From NCBI GenBank assembly GCA_016618085.1, contig JABLTG010000026.1, positions 62,001 to 126,000 of the forward strand: DNA of 64,000 nt, in the 5' to 3' direction. Numbering within the stretch: the first letter of the stretch is position 1; the number at the start of each line of letters is the position of its first letter. Under the pieces are notes generated by a model. The model worked only from the letters and a program-made list of their open reading frames with translations. It was not told the origin of the DNA and did not search any database. This document shows, one piece after another, positions 12,569 to 24,848 of the stretch. The stretch is from Neovahlkampfia damariscottae (lineage: Eukaryota). A program made the position numbers and the translations under genes.

Positions 12569-13679
12569 AATGAACAATACAGATGGAGACAAAGAAGAAC
12601 TATTTGTTGCTACATTAAGTAGACAACAATTAATCAATTGCATACCAAAAAATTGCTTTGTAAAGAGTTTGTCAAAATCGTTGTTTTATTTACTTCGAGA
12701 TTTTTTATGTATTTTATTTCTTTATTATTTTTCAACATTTATTCCGTCACTCACTGTTAATATTTATTTGAAAACTATCATTTGGACAATTTGGAGCTTT
12801 TGTCAAGGAGTATTATTTATAAGTTTATGGAGTTTGGCTCATGAATGTGGTCATGGTTCATTTTCAAATTCAAAATTATTGAATGACATTGTTGGATTTA
12901 TATTACATTCAATGTTTTTAGTTCCTTATTTTTCTTGGAAAATATCTCATTCATCACATCACCAAAATTCAAACAATTTCGAAAAGGATGAAATATGGGT
13001 ACCAAAAGAAAGAACAGACACAAATATCCTTATAAATTTATTTGATTTTTTTGATTCAAATTTATTGACCATTTCATTAATTATTTCATCGTTATTATTT
13101 GGATGGCCATTATATTTATTTTTTAATATTTTTTCCAACAAAAATTATTCAAATTTTTCAATATTTTTAAATAATCATTTCAACCCCTCATCTCCGATAT
13201 TTAAGAAAAGACATTATAAATTTATTTTAATTTCAAATTTTACTTTGATGATTTTGATTGGTTTTTTAATTTATTTAATTCTTAAATTTGGTTTTTTAAA
13301 TATTTTATTTTATTATTTTATACCTTATTTATGGTTAAATTCATGGTTAATTTTAATTACATTTTTACAACATACATCTAAAGATATAAAATATTTTGAT
13401 AATTCAAATTGGAATTTAATGAAAGGATCATTACAAACTATTGACAGAGATTTTGGTATTTTAAATATTTGGTTTCATGGTATAACAAATTATCATGTTT
13501 GTCATCATTTCTTTCCAGAAATACCACATTATCATTTAAATGAAGCAACTATTCATTTAAAAAAAGAATTAAAAGAATTCTATAAATTTGATGACACTTT
13601 TTTTATATTGGCATTATTTAATGAAGCCTCAAATTGTAGATTTGTTAAAGGAAATAAAATCAAATATTATGTTAAATGA
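12569..13679 (+). CDS. Membrane fatty acid desaturase, delta-12/omega-3 family
   Basis: His boxes HECGH, HSSHH, HVCHH; start may be 12540 or 12569. Confidence 0.92.
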
Positions 13680-13719
13680 ATTAACATTTAACATTTAGTT
13701 GTTTTATTTAATATTTCTT

Positions 13720-14522
13720 TTATAAATTTGATCCTTTTACTGCTAATTCATCTGCTTGTTCATTTCCATAATGTCCTTTATGTCCTTCAATATGTGTAAA
13801 TTTTACAATTCCTTTCTTTTTTTCTATTAAAAATAATAATTTTTCAATTAAGTCTCGATTTTCAACATTTTTATTTCCTGATGTTTTCCAATCATTTTTA
13901 ACCCATTTTTTACTCCATCTTTTTAATTTTAATTTATATTTGAATAATTACTCAGTTGCACATTTTATTGTATAAATTGAATCTGTTCTAATTTCAATAT
14001 CTTCTTCATCAGGTGATATTTCAATTGCTCTTATTGCACCAGTTAATTCAGCTCTTTGATTTGTTGCTTTAAAAATATTATCGTCTAATTTTTCGCTTAA
14101 ATTTCTTGAGTCTTCCTCACCAAAAAATACTCCAACACCACCTACTGCTCCTTTTTTTCCATTTCCTAAACAAGATCCATCTGTATAAATCTAAATCAAT
14201 TTTAAAACATGAATTTTTTTACAATCGTAAAATTGTCGTCTTCTTCCAACTTCGCTATTTATTTTAAAAAGATTAAGATCAAACGCTTCTTATTTTCTGC
14301 TTTATCATTGTTGTAAGATGAATATTTTCTTTTATTTGACTGTATATTACTTTTTACTTTTTTAAAAGTTGGATTTTTGACAAAAGCATGAGCTTCAATT
14401 TTAGAGAGAAAAGATTTATATTTTGCATTTGGAAATCCTTTTACTTGTTGTTCACATTCATTCCAGCTTGAAAATACTCCAATTTTACGACCATTGGCAA
14501 CAGCATAAAATTTTGAAGACAT
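13720..14522 (-). CDS. RNASEH1: Ribonuclease H1
   Basis: Hybrid-binding domain FYAVANGRKIGVFSSW; IYTDGSCLGNG, TNQRAEL, GNEQADELA; introns 14255-14284, 14191-14222, 13919-13951. Confidence 0.93.
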
Positions 14523-14592
14523 TTTTGAAAACAAAGAATTCATTTGATTGGTTCATTTCAAAAAAATTAAATTTGTATTTATTGATTCTGTT

Positions 14593-14888
14593 TCATTTCT
14601 TAAACTTAATTTGAGGTATTCCAGATTCAAATAATTTTTTCTTTTTCCATTCATCTCTCAAAGCCAAATTATCACCAAATTTTATTGTATGATCATATTT
14701 CCATTTAGGAGTATGAGGTATTTTAAATTTATCCAACAAATAATACAATAAACTCTCACCAACTCTATACAAAAACCAAGTCCATAAAGAATATTTAAAA
14801 ATTGATTTTGGTATATCCCATGATGTTCCTTTTGAAATAAATTCAGAATATTATTCTTCTTACCAGATGGTCTCAGTGCTCTGGACAT
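14593..14888 (-). CDS. Small (~86 aa) basic/aromatic protein, unknown function
   Basis: MSRALRPSG joined via 35-nt intron 14829-14863 to TSWDIPKSIFKYSLWTWFLYRV...KFKK*; CCAAT box upstream. Confidence 0.65.
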
Positions 14889-14929
14889 GAACAATGAAAT
14901 TATCCAATTAAATTCATTTTTGGTTTTTC

Positions 14930-15480
14930 TTATTCAACCTTCTCCAAAAATTGTTTCAAAAATTTGATGTATTCTTGATTTAAATTTGATTCAACTGAAC
15001 CGTTATATAATAAATTCAAATATCTTTTTGATGGAAGAATTTCCAGTTGGTTCTCCCAATTATCTCGAAAATATTCTGAATAATAAACTTGAACATTTTG
15101 AGTTATCTTTTCGTTTTTATAATTAAAAATATCATCTTCTAAATGATAACGATCATAACCATTTTCAAATTTGTCCATCATTATTAAATCTCTTTTTGTA
15201 ATTTCAATAATAATTCCATGAATACAAATTGATTTTTTCAATATTTTATTTTCAACTTTATTTTTTGGATAAATATTTGCAAATGTTTTGTCGTTTGAAT
15301 ATTCATTACCATAAGTATTAAAAACTTTGAAAAAGTAAAAACGATTTTGATGCAAAATAAACCTAAAATAAAGTTTGGAAGATATACTGGAATGATTTGT
15401 ATTGGATTTATGTTTCTTTTTATTCTTGTTTCAGAACTCAATATTGCTCCATAAGAAAATAAAAAGTAAGTTTCTGACAT
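14930..15480 (-). CDS. Gamma-glutamylcyclotransferase (GGCT/AIG2-like)
   Basis: FSYGA, ANI, IHGII, MDKFENGY, LPSKRYLNLLYNG; intron 15325-15362. Confidence 0.75.
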
Positions 15481-15527
15481 TTTGATTGGAGAAAACACAT
15501 TTCTATTTTTAAATTAATAATCAAAGT

Positions 15528-16151
15528 TTATTCTGATTTAATAGCTTTGAAATATTTTTCTGAATAGGTGTTTAAAAATGAATTGGATTGAACTAATTTG
15601 ATCAATTTCTTTCTTGAGTTTTCATAAAATTCAACTAAATCATTTTTGTTTGATTTAAGTTTTGTTTGAGCTGTGTTTTTCAATTCATCATATTTTTGAG
15701 ATAAATTCAAATTTTCAAAAGTTTCATTTGCATCTTGTACATATTTTTGAACTTCTTCCTTTTCGTAAATTTTTTTTGCTTTTTCGGTTGTATTTTTCCA
15801 TACTGATTCAAGTTTCAAATATAAGTATTTCAATACTGAAAATGTAATAACGAATGCAACTTGTAAAATGATAACTAAAACACTTTTGACGGAAAAGTTT
15901 TCTTTTGTTTTTTCTACTTTTTCTTCTTTTTCTACAATGCTTTTTGTTACAACTTCATCTTCACCATTAACTAATTCATCAAAGTTCAATTCATCTGTTT
16001 CTTCATTATTGAGTTCTTCTTCTTGTGATTTGTTTTGGGTATAATCCTCTTGAGTGACTTTGTTTTCTTCATGTGAATGAAATTCTTGAAGAACATCTTC
16101 TGGACTCTCTGGTTTTGTTTCTGTTGATTGTTGCTTTGATTCTTTTTTCAT
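15528..16151 (-). CDS. Hypothetical single-pass membrane protein
   Basis: Acidic N-terminus, one hydrophobic span (SVLVIILQVAFVITFSVL), helical C-terminus. Confidence 0.6.
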   Translation of the reverse strand: MKKESKQQSTETKPESPEDVLQEFHSHEENKVTQEDYTQNKSQEEELNNEETDELNFDELVNGEDEVVTKSIVEKEEKVEKTKENFSVKSVLVIILQVAFVITFSVLKYLYLKLESVWKNTTEKAKKIYEKEEVQKYVQDANETFENLNLSQKYDELKNTAQTKLKSNKNDLVEFYENSRKKLIKLVQSNSFLNTYSEKYFKAIKSE

Positions 16152-16319
16152 TTTTCTGTTCAACTGTGATTGACCAATGAAATCATTTCCATTAAAAACC
16201 AAAAAAACGAGAAAATAATTTTCATTTTTTTTTTTGAATTTATTCCAAATCTGTTTACTTATATTTTGACCTATCAGAATCATTTATTGTTCCATTCTCA
16301 ATTGCATAACTTTTCAAAG

Positions 16320-17804
16320 ATGATTAAAGTAGCTGTTTCTGCACAAAAGAATATAAGAAAAAGAAAATATAAAGAAGTTGAAGATACTACAGAGAAAAGA
16401 AAATACTTTATTCAATTTGTCAGTTCTGATGGAGAACAAACAGGTTCAAGTTGTGAAATTCAAAGTGATTTTGATGTCGATAAACTTAATGAATTGGTCA
16501 ATACTTTTTTATCTAATGATGAAGAAACACCATATTATTTTTATACAAACGGAATTGAAATTGTAAAAACAATACAAGATGCAATTGAACAAGCAAAAGA
16601 ACCAATTTCTGAAGAAGAAGCTTTAAAAATTATATATTTTCCACAAGCTTTATTCAAAGTCAGACCTGTTACAAGATGTTCTTCTTCTTTACCAGGACAC
16701 TCTGAAGCAATTTTGAACGTTAAATTTTCACCAGATGGAAAACATTTAGCAAGTGGAAGTGGAGATGCTTCTGTTCGTATTTGGGAACTTACAACAGAAA
16801 TGCCAACATATACTTTAAAAGGACATACAAGTTGGGTTTTATGTGTTGAATGGTCACCTGATGCAAAGAAAGTAGCATCAGGTGGTAGAGATAATTTGGT
16901 CAAAATTTGGGATGCAGAAACTGGAAAAAAAGTTGGAAAACCTTTAAAAGGGCATAAAAAATGGGTTACTGGATTAGCATGGGAACCATTTCATTTAAAT
17001 CCAAAAAGTAGAAGAGTTGCAAGTTGTTCAAAAGATGGATTAATTTTAGTATGGGATACTATAATGTCAAAACTTGAATTTTCATTAAGTGGACATACAA
17101 AAGGTATTTCATCAATTCGTTGGGGAGGTGATGGAAATATTTATTCATGCTCACAAGATTGTAATGTTTCTGTTTGGTCAGTTGAAGATAAAACATTATC
17201 AAAAATATTAGTTGGTCATGCTCATTGGGTAAATACAATGTCAATGTCAACAGAATATATTTTGAGACAAGGTGGTTTTGATCATAATTGTGAACCTTTA
17301 AAAGAAGATTTAAAAGAATCTCAAAAAGATGCATTGGAAAGATATAATAAAACATTAGGAAAACAACCTGTTAGACTTATCACTGGATCAGATGATTATA
17401 CACTTTGTTTATGGGAACCTGAAAATTCATCAAAACCAATTGCAAGATTAACTGGTCATCAAGGTGTTGTCAATCAAGTTTCATTTTCACCTGATGGTAG
17501 ATTAATAGCCAGTGCGTCATTTGATAAATCAATTAAACTTTGGGATGCTGTTACAGGTAAATTTCAAACTACTCTTAGAGGTCATGTTGGTGCTGTTTAT
17601 CAAATTGGATGGTCAGGAGATTCAAGATTATTAGTTTCAGGATCAAAAGATGCAACTGTAAAAGTTTGGGATGTTAAAACAAGAAAATTACTTTATAATT
17701 TACCTGGTCATTTTGATGAAATTTATACAGTGGATTGGTCACCAGATGGTCAATCAGTTGCTTCTGCTGGAAAAGATCGTGTATTAAAAATATGGAAAAA
17801 ATAA
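16320..17804 (+). CDS. NLE1: Notchless/Rsa4 ribosome assembly factor
   Basis: NLE ubiquitin-like domain, PQALFKVRPVTRCSSSLPGH, eight WD40 repeats. Confidence 0.95.
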   Translation: MIKVAVSAQKNIRKRKYKEVEDTTEKRKYFIQFVSSDGEQTGSSCEIQSDFDVDKLNELVNTFLSNDEETPYYFYTNGIEIVKTIQDAIEQAKEPISEEEALKIIYFPQALFKVRPVTRCSSSLPGHSEAILNVKFSPDGKHLASGSGDASVRIWELTTEMPTYTLKGHTSWVLCVEWSPDAKKVASGGRDNLVKIWDAETGKKVGKPLKGHKKWVTGLAWEPFHLNPKSRRVASCSKDGLILVWDTIMSKLEFSLSGHTKGISSIRWGGDGNIYSCSQDCNVSVWSVEDKTLSKILVGHAHWVNTMSMSTEYILRQGGFDHNCEPLKEDLKESQKDALERYNKTLGKQPVRLITGSDDYTLCLWEPENSSKPIARLTGHQGVVNQVSFSPDGRLIASASFDKSIKLWDAVTGKFQTTLRGHVGAVYQIGWSGDSRLLVSGSKDATVKVWDVKTRKLLYNLPGHFDEIYTVDWSPDGQSVASAGKDRVLKIWKK

Positions 17805-17879
17805 AAATAAAAAACAATCAAAATTTTGTTCACCCAATCATTTCATTTTTTCCATTTTGAGTTTATTTTGAAGAAAAGA

Positions 17880-18166
17880 ATGAAGACGAATTATTTTTTA
17901 AAAAATATGAAAAGAAGGTTTAAAATGACAAAAAAACAAAAAGCATACATCACAATATTTGGAATATTTTCTCTTTTTGGTTTGAAATAAAAAATTAAAT
18001 TAAAAATTAGCAATAAAAAATGCGGTACAATTTCTTTTTTTAAAATCACTAATTTATTGATATATAGTTTCAGGAGGAAACTGAAGAAGAAAAAAAATTA
18101 AGAATTCAAAGAGAAGCATATTATGAGATGAAAAGAGAAGAAAAAAAAATGAAAGAAAAATCTTGA
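17880..18166 (+). CDS. Small (~70 aa) membrane microprotein, three exons
   Basis: Introns 17980-18010 and 18025-18067 flank a 14-nt exon and keep the frame open; basic N-terminus, hydrophobic stretch, charged tail. Confidence 0.55.
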
Positions 18167-18167
18167 T

Positions 18168-19752
18168 TTATAAAATTTTTGATAAATATTTGATAGATTC
18201 CTTTTCAAAAACTTCTTCTGAAAATCTTTGTGAAGATAATCTTCCTTGTTTTTGAATTTCTTGATACTTTTCTTTTTCCTTTTCGTATTCACTAAAAATA
18301 GAAATCAATACATTTGAATATTCTTGTTCACTTTCAGCTAAAAATCCATCCTTTTCATTTTTAATAATATCTGATAAAGGACCACCTGATTTATGTGCCA
18401 ATGTTATTAAACCAGCTGCTTGATATTCAACAATACAAATACCAAAATGTTCCATTCTCATTGTATGAATACCAATTAATGATTTTGATAATAATTCAGT
18501 TAATCTTTTATTTGATGCATTGATTTCAAATTGAATTCTTGATTCAATATTCAATTCTTTACTTAATTTTTTTAATTCGTTTATTCTTTCTTCATCTTCT
18601 GTATCTCTTGATCCTCCTAATAATATTAATTTAACATTTTCATTATTAGTTTGTTTCAAAAAATTTGAAAATGATTTAATTTGTAATTTATGATTTTTCT
18701 CAGGTCTAAATTGACCAACAGAAATGATGTTCAAATCTCGATTTTCAATTGGATACGATAACAAATTTTGAACATCAACAGGTGGAAATACTGTATTTAT
18801 TTCATTACACCACCATATCTAATTCATAAATTTAATAATAAAATTCTTTTTTTTTACTGCTTTGATATGTGATTTTGTCCAATTAGAATTTACCATACAA
18901 ACATCAACAAAATATCCCATTAATCCATATAACTTTGAAAAGAATTGATAATATCTTTAAATAGTTAAAATACATTTAAATTTTACTTTAATTTAAAAAA
19001 TGTTTTAGTTTCGCTCTTTGAAATTGAATCATCATTATTATAAGTTGATATTCTATCATTCACTGAATTTAACATATCCTTTTATTTTTTTTTTAATTGT
19101 TACTTATATCATTACTGTACTGATAGTTGGATAATGAACATAACATGCAACTTTACACTTTGCTAATAATTTTGCTACTGGAAATGTAAATGACATTCCA
19201 ATTGTATCAATGAATATATCAGGTGAAAATTTTGATAAAGCTTCCCATCCAACAATTATGGATGCTAAACTTTGAAGTAATAAAGTAAACCTTTGATATC
19301 TTTTTGCTTCTAATAAATGTCTCTTTTTTAAAACAACAATTTGAATTTTTCTTTTTAATTCAATATTGAATGTTTTCTAAGAATTGAATTGAATTCTTTT
19401 TTTTTTTTTTACTTTTATTTTTTTTGCCACTTCATCAAAACATAAATCATCTCCTGTGTATAAAACAATATCAACTGTTTTGTGATAATTTTGAATTGAA
19501 TTTATCAAACACCACAGTACTCTTTCACCTCCACCACCTCCATTACCTATTTTTTGAATTTAGTTTTTGAAGTTACTAACTTTTGTATTTTTTAAAAAAA
19601 ATATATTTTCTATTTTACCTATAAGGATGGAAAATTCCGATGGTAAATTTTTTTGAACTTCTTTTGAAATAAATATGAACAAAATAAAGGTATAATAGAG
19701 TCAAAGGAAAAAATACAATTCCAAACAAGTACTTCAACAATGTAAGAAACAT
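18168..19752 (-). CDS. ALG11: GDP-Man:Man3GlcNAc2-PP-Dol alpha-1,2-mannosyltransferase
   Basis: FHPY-S-NGGGGGERVLW, YVHYPTISTDML, QFRPEKNH, EHFGICIVE; complex intron 19546-19619 plus introns 19377-19412, 19079-19115, 18955-18986, 18819-18857. Confidence 0.95.
19546..19619 (-). other. Putative [D1,2]/[A2,3] spliceosomal twin intron (stwintron) in ALG11
   Basis: 73 nt must be removed; 43-nt and 30-nt GT-AG units overlap at G19576 (TTAG/GTAACT). Confidence 0.75.
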
Positions 19753-19801
19753 TAACCAATCAAAATGAAACTCATGTTTGATTATCAAATTTGAACAAAT
19801 T

Positions 19802-22800
19802 TTATTTTTTTTCTTTAAGTTTTTCATGCAATGGTTTAATTGTCAAATATTTTCTCAATTTTATTTCAAGAATTGAGATAATGTATTCAAACACAAAACA
19901 AAGAATCAAATGAAGTAATAGATAACCAACCAATTCTAATCTCCATAATAAATTTGGAATTTCAACTAATTGCAAAACAAATCTTGTGTAATAATCAGGA
20001 AATAATATGATATACATTCCAAATAGATATGCAAGTCCTAAAAACATGAAATAAAAGACTAAATGAAAATGATTAGACATATTTTTTAATTTTTACAATT
20101 TGTAAAAAGAATTTGACGAAATGGACCACCTTGTGAATAAGCAATTGCCATATTTAAAGTTTGTAATTGTTGAACTAAAAACATAATTGTTCCTTCCAAA
20201 GTTGCGTCATCTGCCTCACCATTTGGATTCATTATATGTGGTTTGAACCATGATTGATCATGTAAATTGTACCAAATAAAAATTTGAATTCCAAATGAAA
20301 TTAAAATTTGACCTAAAATTGAAATAATTGTAATGATAGAAAATAAATTAACTGATGGTTTAGCTTTTGTTAATTTTGTTGCTGCTGCTGTATTTCCCAT
20401 TAATAATGATATTGGAAGAATTAAAAATAAATCAACATAAAGAAAATGCATATCTGCAAATATACTTCTAATATTATATAAAATACATACAGCAGTAAAT
20501 TGAATCATTGCATACATTGCCATGAATTTAAACATTTGAAATGATGTTAATAATGCACATCTACCCTCTTTAATAACAACAGAAACAGATGAAATATTTT
20601 GAATTGAAGAAGTAAATGGTGCAGCAATAGATGCTTCTGCTTCAGATAATGAAACACCAACATGTGCTGATTTCAATGCACCAATATCATTTGCACCATC
20701 ACCACACATTCCAGTAAAATATTCTAAATCTTCATATGCTTCAACTAATTTCATTTTTTGATCAGGTAACATTCTTGCAAATATTTTACATTTTAAAATT
20801 AGTTCATTAAATATTTCATTGGATTCATCTTCAATTTGATAAACTCTTTCAAATGCTTTTCCTGTTATTCCAAGTTCAAATAATCCTTCAATTTCTTTAA
20901 ATGATTTTTTAACATCTTTATCATTATCAATATTCTTCCAAATAATTAATTGTTTCTTTTCATCCCAATCACCTAAATATAAAGGTCTATTCACATTTAC
21001 AAGATTACATTCTCTTGATACACATGATGCTGTATAAATATTATCTCCTGTAATCATTACTGATTGAATATTAGCTTTATTTAATTTTGAAATAGTTGGT
21101 TTTGTTTCTTTTTTTAATTTATTTTGAAATATTAAAAATCCAACAAATTCAAAATTTTTTTCAATTTTATCTCTTGGTTCTTTTAATAATTCTTCTTCTC
21201 TTTCTAATTGTTCGACTCTAAATGCACAAGATAATACTCTATATCCTTTTTTTGCATATTGAATTAAAGATGAATCATAATCATGTGGGATTGATTTTGA
21301 TTTACAAAATGTTTTCATTTTTTCAGGTGCACCTTTTGAAAATATATATAAACTCTTTTTGTCTTTAACTAAACAACTCATTCTTTGTAATTCAGAAGAG
21401 AAATCATATCTTTTTAAAATTGTGTATTCTTCTTCTTTTTGTTCATTTAATGAATTAATTATCATTGTATGATGATCTAATTCTTCATATTTCCAATTGG
21501 TTGATTCAAACATTTTTACTTTTTCATTCTTCAATTTAAATATTTCAACTTACTCTCTAAAGGATCACCTATAAATCTATCATTGATTGTTGAAATATTA
21601 TGACATGTTCCCATCAATTTTGTTATTGTTAAATCACTATATTCTAATAAATTTGGTTGTAAAATTGGTCTTTGAAGAATATCATCAAAATAAGGAACAA
21701 TTTTAATTAAATCCAATCCATCTTCAGTTAATGTTCCTGTTTTATCAAAACAAATTAAATTTAACATTCCAGCAACATTAATTCTTGGTGGACTAACACA
21801 AAATATTCTTTTATCTTTCAATCTCAACATTGCAAATGATGTACCACTTGACATTGCAATAGGTAACTCTGGTGGTACAGATATTGTTATAATATCTAAT
21901 ACTTTTTTGACAACTGTTAAAGTTGTTGATCCTAAACGAATAAGAGTTATTGTTGCATAAATCATTCCTAAAAATCCAAGTATGAACATAAATCCAACAA
22001 ATTTCAAAGAATCTGTATAAAATTTGAATGTACTTGGTTTTGGATAAATGATTGATAATAGTAATTGTCCTTTTTCAGTTAAAAAACCAGTTCTAACTAC
22101 TAAACCAAATGTATCTTTTTTTGTTGTTATTACTTCAGATCCAGAAAATAAAGTTACATTTTTTGATGTTTCTAATGAATAAATTTGTGTTTTTTCTTTT
22201 GGTAAAGATACTTTTACAACTGGAACTGATTCACCTGTTAACATTGATTCATCAACAACACATTGACCTGATAATAAAATTATATCACAAGGTAAATGAA
22301 AATTCTTTGGTATTTTAATAACATCACCTGGTACTAAATCCATTGTATCTAATTTTTTATCAGAAGGTGTAAAAACTTCATCTGATTTTATTCTTGCCAT
22401 TTCTCTTAAATTTATTAAATTTTTTCTTGTTTGTGAAACAGTTGTAATTGCAGATATAAATGAAATGAATATAATACTTGTTGCATAAATCCAATAATTA
22501 TCAAAGTACCAAATGATACATGAAATAATTTGAAAAAAATAAAATGGTGTTAATACTTCATCAAAAAATAATCTTAAAAAACTTTTCATTTCAATATCCA
22601 TTTTATTTTCACCATATATCTCTTTTCTGGTTTTTCTTTCAATACTATCAATTTCTCTTGATGTTTCATGAATTTCAAAATAATTCTTTTTTAAATTCAT
22701 TTTTACAGGTAAAAATAAATCATCTTTTTCATTGTAGATTAATTTTGTTTTTCGATATTCAATATATCTTATTTCATTTTGTTTATAAACTTTACATAAT

Positions 22801-23115
22801 TCAATTTCAAACGTTAGGTCAGATTCCATCATTATAATTTCTGATTCTTTTGTTTTGGTCATATAGTGAGTCATGTATAAATATAACTTTGGTAACCATT
22901 GAAAAAACAAGTAAAATAATCCAAAACTGATGATGCAAAAAAAATAAAATATGAAGTCTCCAAATTTAGACTTTTTGTAGCCTTGAACATTCACAACTGC
23001 CTGAAATAAGTTATAATCATTAAATAGTTTATACGTATGTTCCTTCCAATTTCTGGAATTCAAAGTCAAAGATTGACTCTTTATTGCTTCGTAAAAGTGA
23101 TTTTTCGTCGGTCAT
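19802..23115 (-). CDS. P5B-type ATPase (ATP13A2-5/Ypk9 family)
   Basis: LTGES, PPELP, DKTGTLT, GDPLE, KGAPE, MCGDGAND; introns 23001-23034, 21519-21553, 20059-20096. Confidence 0.92.
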
Positions 23116-23279
23116 TTTGTTTTGACCAATGAAACAACAAGAAAAATGAAAATTGGATTGAATATAATACTATAATAATAACAACAATTATTATCAAATT
23201 TCACAAATAACTTTTATTTATTCTCCTAACCAATCGGAGAACATTATACAAGGAAAAATAAAAATCAAGCAAAGGCCTG

Positions 23280-24205
23280 ATGTTTCAATATTTTTCTAAC
23301 ATGGTTGTCAACCCAGATATTCAAGTTTTGAATATTTCAAAAGGTACCAAAAATGATGAAGATGTCAAAAGTGTTGAATTAGCTCAAAAAGTTAACAAAC
23401 AGATTTTAAAACTATTTTCTTCTCATACATCAGAAGACGGTAAAAGTGTAGATTACAAAGGAATTTCAAATAGTAATGAATATAAAGAATTCGTAGAATC
23501 AACAAAATCACTTCAACACATCAAATTAAGTGAGCTTGATGAAAATGAAAGAAAAGTTTTATTTTTAAATCTTTATAACGCATTGACAATACACTCATAT
23601 GTTGAAAAAGGAATTCCAAAAACATCAACAGAAAAGTTAAATATCATTGCTTCAGTTGGTAAATATATTTTCAATGAAGTCTAACTTTTTATGAAGGATA
23701 TCAAATCGGAAAATTAGTATTCAGTTTGAATGATATGGAACATGGTGTATTGAGAGGAAATAAAAAACCACCAGCATTCTATTTTGTAAATCCATTATTT
23801 AGTGAAACTGACCCACGAATCAAATACGTTTGTAAGTTAGATCCTAGAGTTCATTTTGCTCTTGTTTGTGGATCTAAAGGATGTCCACCTGTTCGTATCT
23901 ATTCGGAAAAGAATATTGAAAGAGGATTAAACTCTGCTACAGAATTATTCCTTGGTGACCCAAATAACTTTGAAATACAAGAAAAAGTAGTAAGATAAAA
24001 AAGTACCAATAATAATAATATATAGGTGTTTTTATCAAAAATATTTGAATGGTACGCAAAAGATTTCGCTATTGATCAACTTTCATTGTTGAATTGGATT
24101 TCAAAATATTTAGAAAAAGATCAAAAAGAAAAGTTACAAAATTTAATCAATAACAAGAGTTTTACTATCAAATATAAGACATATGATTGGGATTTAAATG
24201 CTTAG
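23280..24205 (+). CDS. DUF547 family protein
   Basis: VDYKG, FLNLYNALTIH, EHGVLRGN, DPRVHFALVCG..CP, YDWDLN; introns 23659-23696, 23990-24025. Confidence 0.85.
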
Positions 24206-24218
24206 AGAATTAAAAATT

Positions 24219-24848
24219 TTAATTGAAAAAATATTCATCATTGACATTTAAATAATCCACATCTTGTTGATTTTCAAATCCAAAATTATTATATTGTCCT
24301 CCATTGTTTAAAGAATACAAATCAGATGATGGTAATTGATCAAATGAGTTTGAGTAAATATTGTTATCTTTTGGTTGTTGATTGAAATGTGGTTTTGGAA
24401 TATCTCTGAATGTATCTTTTGATAAAAAGTCTTTTCCAAATTTATCTGTAATTCTTGAATCTGATGTTTCTTTTTCATCTTTTTGTTTCTTTGTTTCTTC
24501 TTTTTCTTGTTCTCTTTTCTTTTTATCATCAGAAGTTTCACAAATCATTTGATTTTCCCATGAATCACAAACAAGAGATTCTTGTCCATTGTCAAGTAAT
24601 ACTTTTCTAAAATCTTTACAAATTGGTTGAGTTGAACATTTTTTTGAATTCTTTGTTGTGGTTGAAGTTGTTTTTTGATCTTTTGGAATTTGGATTTTTG
24701 ATACAAATTCATCTGATGGCTTTGAAGGATAATCAACCTTTTTTTGTTCCGGAATCTTGAAATCTGGTTTGGTATAAACTCTATCATTTTGTTGACAAAA
24801 ACACAGAGAAACAATAAACAATAAAACTACAACTTGTAAAACTTTCAT
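24219..24848 (-). CDS. Hypothetical secreted protein
   Basis: Signal peptide MKVLQVVVLLFIVSLCFC; four-Cys core; low-complexity tail. Confidence 0.65.
   Translation of the reverse strand: MKVLQVVVLLFIVSLCFCQQNDRVYTKPDFKIPEQKKVDYPSKPSDEFVSKIQIPKDQKTTSTTTKNSKKCSTQPICKDFRKVLLDNGQESLVCDSWENQMICETSDDKKKREQEKEETKKQKDEKETSDSRITDKFGKDFLSKDTFRDIPKPHFNQQPKDNNIYSNSFDQLPSSDLYSLNNGGQYNNFGFENQQDVDYLNVNDEYFFN

Noticed and set aside
13720..14522. RNase H as a retroelement remnant
   Set aside because: Has a hybrid-binding domain and introns, with no RT or integrase nearby: cellular RNase H1
16170..16319. TTG/GTG-started N-terminal extensions in the ORF track (NLE1, SART1, TMCO4 and others)
   Set aside because: Eukaryotic locus; the extensions run through promoter sequence, and downstream ATGs fit the families
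19577..19579. 3-nt TTA microexon explanation for the ALG11 complex intron
   Set aside because: Gives AGT TAG and the wrong frame
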